Shown here piece after piece: positions 37,201 through 46,200 of a stretch of 64,000 nucleotides of DNA. The stretch comes from Podarcis bocagei (lineage: Eukaryota): the NCBI GenBank assembly GCA_964188305.1, contig OZ076892.1. One strand, written 5' to 3'. Each line of letters starts with the position of its first letter. The stretch's first letter is position 1. The translations under genes were made by a program, and so were the position numbers. The notes below the pieces were generated by a model. The model was not told the origin of the DNA and made no database searches. It saw only the letters and a program-made list of their open reading frames with translations.

Positions 37201-40200
37201 GCATGCCGGCAAGTCTCCGCCAGCAGCGGCAACGCTGCCGCTGCTGGGGGAGAGATCTGCGAGGCCTGGGCGCGCTGCGCGCAGGCTTCGGCATGCCGGC
37301 AAGTCTCCGCCAGCAGCGGCAACGCTGCCGCTGCTGGGGGAGAGATCTGCGAGGCCTGGGCGCGCTGCGCGCAGGCTTCGGCATGCCGGCAAGTCTCCGC
37401 CAGCAGCGGCAACGCTGCCGCTGCTGGGGGAGAGATCTGCGAAGCCTGGGCATGCCGGCAAGTCTCCGCCAGCAGCGGCAACGCTGCCGCTGCTGGGGGA
37501 GAGATCTGCGAGGCCTGGGCGCGCTGCGCGCAGGCTTCGGCATGCCGGCAAGTCTCCGCCAGCAGCGGCAACGCTGCCGCTGCTGGGGGAGAGATCTGCG
37601 AGGCCTGGGCGCCCTGCTGCCCCACCTGGCCCCGCCGCCCCACTTCGGAAAGGTGTTCCGAAGTGGGGCGCGGGGGCGGGGACACCTGGCCCCGCTGCCC
37701 CACTTCAGAAAGCTGTTCCGAAGTGGGGCGGGGGGGCAGGGACACCTGGCCCCGCCGCCCCACTTTGGAAAGGTGTTCCGAAGTGGGGCGCGGGGGCGGG
37801 GACACCTGGCCCCGCCGCCCCACTTCAGAAAGCTGTTCCGAAGTGGGGCGGGGGGGGCAGGGACACCTGGCCCCGCCGCCCCACTTTGGAAAGGTGTTCC
37901 GAAGTGGGGCGCGGGGGCGGGGACACCTGGCCCCGCCGCCCCACTTCAGAAAGCTGTTCCGAAGTGGGGCGGGGGGGCAGGGACACCTTCTGAAGGCGGG
38001 CAGGGGGCGAAAGTCTTTGTCCCCCCTGCCTGCCTTCCCAGGGGCTTTTAAATCGCCCCGGACAGCGGAGAAGTCCTCCGCTGTCCGGAGCGATTTTAAA
38101 ATGCCGCCCGCCAGCATTTTAAGATCGCCCCGCACAGCGGAGAAGTCCTCCGCTGTCCCAGGGTTTTTTAAAATGCTGGGGGTGGGAAGAAAAGCCCTTG
38201 TCCCCCCCCCCCAGCCTTCAGAAGAGGTCCGGGGACAGACTGTCCCCGGACCTGGCCTGAAGGTGGTTTCCCTAGGAACGCATTAATTGATTTTCAATGC
38301 ATTCCTATGGGAAACCGTGCATCGCAAGACGAAAAACCCGCAAGACGAAGAGAATTGCGGAACGAATTAATTTCGTCTTGCGAGGCACCACTGTATAATG
38401 TTAATGAAATATATAACTTAACAGGGAAGCAGCGTTTGAAGCCCAACCCAGACCATAATGAGCCTGAAAGAGAAGGAGAGCCTCAGCCCGGCCCACGTGC
38501 AAAGCGACATCCTTCAAGACAGCTGGTCTAAAGGAAGAGGCAGGTAGGATGGACAAGGCTCAGACTGACCCTCAGCCTCTTTCAGCTCCTCCTCGGTGGG
38601 CCAGGTCTGCTCTCCATCCATGGGGTCAGGGGTCACTTCTGACTGCAGAGACTCTTGCTTGCTGGCATCAGCCTTGCTGAGCACCTTCACGTCTTCCTCC
38701 ATCTCCTCTTCTCTCCTGACAAGGTCATCCTAGAAACCGGGGAGAGAAGTTCAAGCATGGCCACCTGGGGGCAAAGGAGATGCTTTCTCCCCCACCCCCA
38801 CAAGCATTTGCTGCCTCCTCCTACCTTCCAGTTCCTGCCCCCCCCCCTACCAGCCAGGCAAAAGAACCTACCTGGTCCCCCATGCTCCTTGGGTTTATTT
38901 TTGCAGTTCTGGAGTTTAGAGCAAAGGGCTCTGGGGAGGCATCCACCTGACTCATCTGGAAGTCCCCGTGTCCCACAATATGCACCAAGCTGTTCACGTT
39001 CAGGCTCCGTCCCCTGACGTAGCCAGACACCTTCAGGGTCCCCACCAAGGCGCTGTCTGTGCTGGGCACGAAAGTGGCGGCAGTGGCCAGCAGGTGAGCC
39101 CGGCGGTCTCGGAAGGCCAGGTGCCGCTGCTTCTGGCTGGCCAGGTGCTGCAGCAGCAGGGCGGACTCCTGCTCTGTGTCGAGGGGGAAGAGCCTGTCTT
39201 CAGGGAACCTCTTCTCGATGGCTTTGTTCAGCTTCTTGCGACAGTCAATCTGCTTCTTTAGCGGTTGGTCAGAAAGACCTTGAACAGCAAGGCCTGCAGG
39301 TGACAAACGGGAGAGAAGCATCAACGGCTGGGTAGGCTTTAATGTCTGCTTACAGGCAGCTGTGAAGCTCAGGGGACCCCCCAAGGCAGCGTGGACCAAA
39401 TCCTCTAGATGCCAGCAAGGTATCCCTGAGATGAAGAGTCTCAGGTACCTTCATCTCAGGGTTGGGGGTTCAAGCCCCACATTCAGCAAAAAGTTTCCTG
39501 CATTGCAGGGGATTGGACCTGATAATCCTTGGGGTCCTTTCCAACTCTACAATTCTACAAACATAAGCAGCCTTGCAGCACTGACTGGAAGCCCACTGCC
39601 CATCCCTTCCATAAGTTGGTATAAGTTCAACAACACAGGGTGAGGCATAGTGGATCAGATCGAAAATTTGTCTCATCCGCCATCCCATTTCCAATTCAGG
39701 CCTGCCAAATGTCTCTTGATAAACAGGCACGACAGCCCTGCCCTGTTTGTGTACAATATCTGTGGCTTGGGGGGAGACTGTTAATTAACATGGTTGCTCA
39801 ATTTAGCTCTCACAGGCAGCAGCTGTGAAAGATCTGTCCCTCTTTGTGAATTGGTTTAATCCCTTTTAATATGAGACCTGATGGGCAGCTCTCTCTGGCC
39901 TCTGCCACCAGCCACAGGATCAAGGGCCCCCTCCCCTGCCTCCCAGGAAGAACACGATGGCAAGGAGATCAGTCCGGCCCCATCCATCAGCCAAAGGAAC
40001 ATGAGCTGCAAGCTTACACCCGCCTTCCCAGCCAGAAATAACACTTGGCTCTGACTGTCATTTGCCCCAAGGGAGAGGAAAGAACCTTCTGGCCCCACCC
40101 TTTGGCCAAAGAGAAAAGAGCCACAATCCACTGTTCAGACAAGAACATCAGCAAGGGAGGATCAGCATTGCCTAAACTGAATGTAAATGCTTGTAACTTA

Positions 40201-42378
40201 GCACTTCATTCTGACCTTGAAGGACTGTTTCCTGTCCCTTTTCCTGCCACTCCCTAAGTTTACATGTTGCATTTTTAGTTTATATGCCTGTTGGCATAGC
40301 CTGCCTGCCTGCCTCTAACTTGAGCCGCTTTGTCTGTAAATCAGGATAAAAAGAACAGTAAATCCCCCTGTGTCTTAACTGGAGGTTACCTGGCTCCCTC
40401 ACACAGTCTATAATTCAGATGGTCTTCCTAGTTATGCAGTTTGGTCTCCCCACTTCAAACCCTGGCATCCAAACACTGTTCTGCTAGTAGGGATTCGGTA
40501 AAGGAAGAGCCCCCTCCTGCTAGCACAGCAGCTTTTGACACTGTTCTCACCATAGCTGGGGAGGCCCTGTGCAAAGATGCAGGAAAGGCAGTAGTCTCCA
40601 GCGGCATCCCAGCCCTCGTGAGGATCCAGCACAAAAAGGAGGGTGTCTGCAACCTTGGCCAGGTCCAGCACAGCATGGAGGTTCCCTGGGTGATAAGAAA
40701 GGCGCAGGTGAAGGTGGAGCCTGGCGTGTTGCAACAACAGTGTCTCAGTAGGCCAAGGTGCCCCTACCTGTGTCAGCCACCACAAAGCGCCACCGGAGTC
40801 TGGATTGGTGGCACAGCAGGCCAAAACCTGGTGGCCCCATCTTGGTTTGGCACACGGTAGAAGCTGCACTGCTCTGAAACAGGCTCAAGGCTCTTGGGAT
40901 AGCGACGCCAGCATGCAGCGGGACTACCACCACCAAGTGGGGTGGCCCATCCTTGCGACCCAAGTTCCGCTTTTCTTCCAACACCTGTGACCAAGAGAAA
41001 GCAAACATAGGCCCTTTCATGGAGGAGAGGACTATTGATGGCCACTAAGCACAACGACTATGCTCTGCCGTCAGAGGCAGCAATGCTGCTGAACGCCAGC
41101 TGCTGGAAACTGCAGGAGAGGAGAGGACACTTTTGTTTGAATCCTGCTTGCAGGTTTCCCATAGGCATCTGGAATAGATGGCCTCCTTTGGCCTGATCCA
41201 GCAGATGCCCTTCTTATGTTTTTCTCCCTCCCCTGTAGAAGCAGGAAGAGGCTTGCCCTCCACCCCACCAGCTTCTCACTGACTCACCATCTCCCTGCAC
41301 TGCCGGCGGAGCTGCCAGGCCCGATGCTTGCGGTCCAATTTGGCCAAATTGCGGTGCCGCTGCTGGCTGAGTGTCTTAGCAGGGACCCGGCCTAAGGAAA
41401 GGGCGGAGAGAGAAGAGAAAAAGCTCTCAATGCGTACGGTGCTACGCTATACATAACAGAATTCAGAGGAAGACATGGAGTTAGGGGAACTGTTTAAATA
41501 CTGCTCTTGAGCATATGCACCCACGCTGCTGAGCCAAGCTTATCCTTATGACTCATTGCCCACCAATCATTTGATTTGGTCTATTTATTTATTTATTTAA
41601 TCAAATTGATATATCGCTTGATTGAATAAAACCTCAAAGCAGTTTACAATATGAATAAAGCGAGAATTTTTTTCTGTAAAAACAATCAAAACGTTCCAAA
41701 AACAATTTAAAAAAGCTATAAACTAAAAACACACCAGCGTTCTAGATAACTGGGTATTTAAGCAAAAATGTTTTTAGCAGGTGCTGAAAAGAGTGCAGTG
41801 AAGGCGCCTGCCCGGTATCAATAGGCGGGGAGTTCCAAAGCTCAGGCGCTGCCACAGGGGAAGATCAATTTCTTACAGCTGCAGAAAGAAGCGCTATGTG
41901 GCACCTGTAATCCTGCCAATTCCGCTGATCGGAGTGGTTTCAAGAGGGCGTACATGTGGTAAAAGGGGGTCTCGCCGCTAAAGTTCTCTGGCACAGCCAT
42001 CGGCAGCATCCAGGCTCTGCCTGTCTCGGAAGAGCCCCCCCCCCCCGAGGGACCAGCTGAAGCAGGAATAAGCAAACTCGGCCCTTTAGATGTTTTGGGA
42101 CTACAACTCCCATCATCCCTAGCTAACAGGACCAGTGGTGAGGGATGGTGGGAATTGTAGTCTCGAATCATCTGGCGGGCCGAGTTTGCCTATGCCTGAG
42201 CTGAAGGATGCCATCGACTTCACGCAGGACAGGACTGCGTATACATGTACAGACGGGCCTCCTCACCGCCCTGCTTCTTCGCGCTGCTCCCGCTGTGCCT
42301 CCCGCTCTTGTGCGGTTTGTTCTGCTGCTTCAGGGCCCCGGCCCGGTGGGCCCCGCCGCCTCCGCTCTTCCTCGCCAT
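25278..42378 (-). CDS. TSR1: Pre-rRNA-processing protein TSR1 homolog, 15 coding exons, 809 aa
   Basis: Exons (high to low): 42378-42267, 41391-41288, 40984-40768, 40685-40551, 39293-38872, 38729-38570, 35652-35486, 34585-34389, 34117-33958, 29676-29566, 28802-28670, 27577-27461, 26519-26379, 25653-25579, 25456-25278 (TAG). They sum to 2430 nt with consistent phases. Motifs: [63 protein letters not shown]. Confidence 0.96.
28860..29500 (-). pseudogene. SNORD91: Degenerate SNORD91-family C/D snoRNA in TSR1 intron 10, apparently interrupted by a CR1 fragment
   Basis: Minus-strand AATGTCTGAACCTG-T-CTAA (29479-29461) has 14-nt complementarity to 28S rRNA CAGGUUCAGACAUU followed by a D'-like box. 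The C-box position reads CCGACGG (29497-29491). A putative 3' half lies at 28907-28860. Human TSR1 hosts SNORD91A/B. Confidence 0.6.
28908..29458 (-). mobile_element. 5'-truncated CR1 LINE fragment
   Basis: Squamate CR1 3'-end motif (GCTGGACCAGATGGGCC...GGCCTGATCC...TTCTTA) and ORF2 C-terminal remnants (GGGCAACCAAAATGATCAAGGG). Confidence 0.75.
30334..31749. mobile_element. Non-autonomous hAT (Charlie-like) element with CpG-rich interior
   Basis: TIR CAGTGTTTCCCAACC / GGTTGGGAAACACTG; perfect 8-bp TSD CTCTAAGG. Confidence 0.9.
31928..32259. mobile_element. hAT-type MITE (copy 2, same family, internally shorter)
   Basis: Same TIRs as 6238-6705; 8-bp TSD AACTAGCC. Confidence 0.9.
36360..37610. 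repeat. GC-rich minisatellite of 90-bp and 69-bp units (15 units plus a partial one)
   Basis: Unit order [15 protein letters not shown]. Each unit has the hairpin CCAGCAGCGGCA-ACGC-TGCCGCTGCTGG. Confidence 0.95.
37620..37988. repeat. 60/61-bp palindromic minisatellite, about 6 copies
   Basis: GACACCTGGCCCCGCCGCCCCACTTCGGAA-AGGTG-TTCCGAAGTGGGGCG..., with alternating AGGTG/AGCTG variants. Confidence 0.93.
41020..41220 (+). mobile_element. CR1 LINE 3' fragment
   Basis: ATGGAGGAGAGGACTATTGATGGC...GGCCTGATCCAGCAG...TTCTTATGTT. Confidence 0.65.
42063..42198. mobile_element. Short palindromic hAT MITE in TSR1 intron 1 (related copies about 43827-43950 and 60056-60191)
   Basis: Long inverted arms; 8-bp TSD AGCTGAAG. 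Confidence 0.85.
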
Positions 42379-43250
42379 GGCCACGCGCTCCCTTCGCCTG
42401 GGCGCCAGGCAGGAAGTGACGTGTCTACGCTTCCGCTAACACAAACCAAGACCCGCCCCCGGGCCGAGAATGGCCGCTCTCTGCTCCTGACCTCCTCCGG
42501 GGCTGTGGGCCGCTCTAGCCTTCCTCTCGAAGGGTCCCTCCGCTTTGCCAGTCGTACGGCTGCGAAAGGCTCCGCGCAGGCGCGTTGTGTTGTTGTGGGG
42601 GCCAGCCGGGATTATGGCGTGGGCCGTTGCGGCGCATGCGCTGTGCGTCGGCCGGCCGCCGTGGCTATAATGGCGGCGGCCGTTGCTGCCGCTGGTCGCT
42701 AAGTCGCCGGCGGCCGCGGCCTTGGCGTGGGCCCCATGAGGAGGAGGCAGGCGAGCGGCCATGGGCTTGCTGAGCAGCAGGGCGTGGCGGGGGCGGCCGG
42801 CGGCGGCCGCCGCTGCCCCGCACGGCGAAGGTCCGGCGGGGGCTGTGGCGGCGGGCCTGAGGGGCGTCGGAGGCCGAGGCGGGGCTGCCGTCGCCGCCAA
42901 GAGGAAGCGGGGCGACCTGGGCGCGTACCCGAGCGACACGGACAGCGACGACGAGAGCGAGAGGGAGGAGCGGCTGCTCAACACCCCGAGGAGGTACTTC
43001 GCCTCAGGGCAGCGGCGCGTTCGCCTGCGGGACTCGCTGCCTCAGGATGCCGCCTTGGAGGACCCGCTTGAGGCCTCCAGCGTCCGAGGCAGCCAGCCTC
43101 CGAGGGCAAGGTGCTGCGGAACAAGCGGGGGCCGCTGCGGGGAACTGCGCTGGGCTGCAGGTGAAGGGGGGGGGTCATCGGCCTTCTGCAGCCCCCTCCG
43201 GGGAACCGAGGCAGCCGCTTCATACCGAGTCAGGCCGATGCGATTCCTGC
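42250..43250. promoter_or_regulatory. CpG island / bidirectional promoter shared by TSR1 and GMCL1
   Basis: Very GC- and CpG-rich; start codons about 380 bp apart and divergent. ETS-CRE-like GGAAGTGACGT at ~42412, NRF1-like GCGCAGGCGC (42574) and GCGCATGCGC (42632), YY1-like AATGGCGGC (~42669). Confidence 0.85.
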
Positions 43251-46200
43251 GTTGCAGGAGGTTGGACTAGATGATCCTCGGGACCTTGCCAACTCCTACC
43301 ATGCTGTGATCGGCCCATCTTGCTCAGTGCTTTCTACAGGGCCAGTGGTTCCCAAACATTAAACCACAGAGACGAGGACTTGCATATCAGAAGGTCGGCG
43401 GTTCGAATCCCCACAAAGGGGTGAGCTACCGTTGCTCGTCCCTGCTCCTGCCAGCCTAACAGTTCAAAAGCAGGTCAAGTGCAAGTAGATAAACAGGTAC
43501 CACTCCAGCTGGAAGGTAAACGGCGTTTCCGTGCGCTGCTCTGGTTCGCCAGAAGGGGCTTAGTCATGCTGACCACATGAAGCTGTACGCCGGCTCCCTC
43601 GGCCAATATAGCAAAATGAGCGCCGCAACCCCAGAGTCAGCCACGACTGGACCTAATGGTCAGGGGTCCCTTTACCTTACCACCATAAACTCGTCCCCGT
43701 GCCCCCCATTATTCAGAATATTGCATGCCTCACTGAGGAAGATAACGCCACAAAATTTAAAATAGTAACAACTGATTGCATATTAATTCAAAACCCAGTT
43801 AAAACTGCTTAGTTTAATTAATTCGGCCTTTCTCAAAGTTGGATCCCCAGGTGTTGGAATACAACTCCCATCACACCTCACTACCAGGGCCAGTGATCGG
43901 GGTGATGGGATTTGTAGTCCAACAACATCTGGGGAGCCAAGTTTGAGAGAGGATGAATTAATTCAACAAAATGTGACCCAGTGGCTTCAGCTTGTCAAAA
44001 TCTGTTAGTCATTTACTCTACCAACAGCCACCTGCCACGCCGCTTAGTGCCTCCCACTAGGAATTTCTCTGCCCTGTTACGGTAAAATCCGGGTGCGTGA
44101 GGGCACAGCCACCCAGCTCGTCGGACAAAGTCCGCGGGTCCTAGCGGAGAAGAAAGGAGCTCAGCCGGACACAGGAGCAAAGTACGAAGATCCGAGTTTA
44201 TTGCGCAACAGGTTCAAAATGGCATTGAACCCCGAGTATGGGGTGACATAGACTTTTAAAAGTTCCCTCCATAACCCAGAATACAGTGCAGGAAACGTCA
44301 TGAATACATTATGGGAAGGTCATGTTTCGTGGATTACATCATGAATACATTTCACACGTCATGAATAGATTATGGAAGGGGTGGGATCACATTCATTAAC
44401 ATTTCAGATGAGGGAGGGGGAATATGCGGAGGGAGAAATATGCATAGATAAACATTTATCAAGTACCGGTGGTGGCAAGACAATGGGTCAGAGATATGCA
44501 TCGTCTGCCACTTAATATTGCCTAGAGGAAGGGTTTGGCGAAACGATCTGACAGGATTAGGAAGTTCCTGCGTACGTGACCCGCCGCTTTGGGGATTATG
44601 GAAGTAGGAACAACATCATGGAGTCCAGGGAGAGCTGAGTTGAATGACACCAAGAGTGAGGAAATCGGAGCTACGGTCGATTTTATATCAATTTTTAGAG
44701 ATTTCAAAGGTTTCCAGGCTATTCCGTACTGTAGAGTGAAAGGTAGAACAGAATGGATACATTTTGGCAGGCGGAAGCAGAATGGATACATTGTAACTAG
44801 ATTTTGACAGGTTTACGAGGTCCCTGGTTTCGGATCCATTGTTCTCACAGCGGGGGGCCGTCCGCAGCTTGTTAGGAGTGAAATGAGGCGTGCAGGAGCT
44901 CCTGGAGCTAGCTCTTTGCAGGACGAATGCATGGCTGTGATTGGCTAAAGCGCGGCCATAGGAATAAGTGGAGAAGAGAAACACTCGGTCTACTCGTTCT
45001 AAGTATGGGGCGCAGATAGGCATAGGAAAGATAGAGAATATATTTATAGATATTCGAGCTTATTTCGCTCGGGAAAGGGTCTGGGAAAAGTGTGGTGCTT
45101 GTGCAACGGTGAAGGGGTTTTGAGGGTGGGTGTGCGGTGGCACCCTCGAGGTCATCGCCTCGGTCAGTCAGGAAGAGGGGGAAAAAGGCACCCCCCCCCT
45201 CCTCAGTCCGTATCAGTCCCCCATTCGGAGATAGATTTGCATTAAAGTTCTGTAAGAACTTGCAAATCCTTTCTCCGCACCATTGGAGCACTAAATCTCG
45301 GTGATCTCATATTCCCCTTCTCCCAAATGTCTCATCTGTACGTAGTCTGGGAAGGTGGGAGCATGTCGGGAGCGGGAATAAGCTCGAAGAGGAAAGGAGC
45401 TAGTGGAGGCAGAATGACGGAGGAGAGAGCAGCAAGGGGTAATACAATGCATAGTACAACACAGGATGGAGACACAAAGGAAAACAGTTAAAATGGTAAA
45501 CAACACGACTTTCAATAGTTGCCTGAGCCATCCCAGCTTGGGCAACCATCCCCATAAGTCCACATCGGAGAGTCCCTCATGCTGGATGTCGTGAAGCTTC
45601 CCTGCTAGCTCATGAATGTTATTTAAATGCCCAGTTATGTTTAAGGTCTGATCAGTCACATATGTACAGCACTCTGTGCCTATTAATGCGCAGGTGCCTC
45701 CTTGACTGGACAAGAGGAAGTCTGTCGCGATTCTCGTTTGCAGGCTCAATTGTCTTACCTCGGATAGTTCCGACATTAGGGAGTCTGTGATCTGGGTTGC
45801 CTCTTGCATGAATTTGAGGAGGATATCGGTGAGTCGGAGAATATCCACGTGGTTTGAACCGGCACCGTAGGCGGGGAAAAGCGCTCGGCCCACGGTCTCT
45901 CCATTCGCAGCGGCGTCTGACAGGTCTGACAGCTCTTTCTGTTCCCTCTTATTTCTTTGTCTCCCGGGGGGTAGGTGTGGAAGTATCCTAATTCCGGGGA
46001 CAATGTAGCCGACGAAGCAGGATCCGGACATGTGTGGGCTCACCCATGTGTACGCGCGATGTCCGCATACCCAGAATAAGCCGCTGAGGTAAGACTCCAT
46101 TCTGCCTGAAGCAAAGGTTTGCAGCAGCATGGAGTCCGTGACTTGGGGCTTCCAGTCGGAGGGGTGTCCCACGACAGCGGCCCAGGCAGTGGTGAGGTTA

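Larger units (their letters stand above)
36043..38393. mobile_element. Non-autonomous Tc1/mariner (Tigger/pogo-like) element expanded by internal minisatellites, TSR1 intron 6
   Basis: TA TSD; TIR CAGTAGTGCCCCGCAAGACGAA / TTCGTCTTGCGAGGCACCACTG. A ~250-bp relative is at 60908-61154. Confidence 0.85.

Noticed and set aside
36360-37988. CRISPR-like look of the palindromic repeats
   Set aside because: No unique spacers, no cas genes, vertebrate intron.
36241-38286. Long ORFs (413-643 aa) in five frames
   Set aside because: They come from stop-free GC-rich minisatellite units whose lengths are multiples of 3, inside a MITE in a TSR1 intron; no protein signature.
44908-45291. 127-aa ORF running from the env stop into U3, in a nef/sag-like position
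   Set aside because: Starts at GTG, contains no Met and no recognisable domain; not supportable as an accessory gene without expression data.
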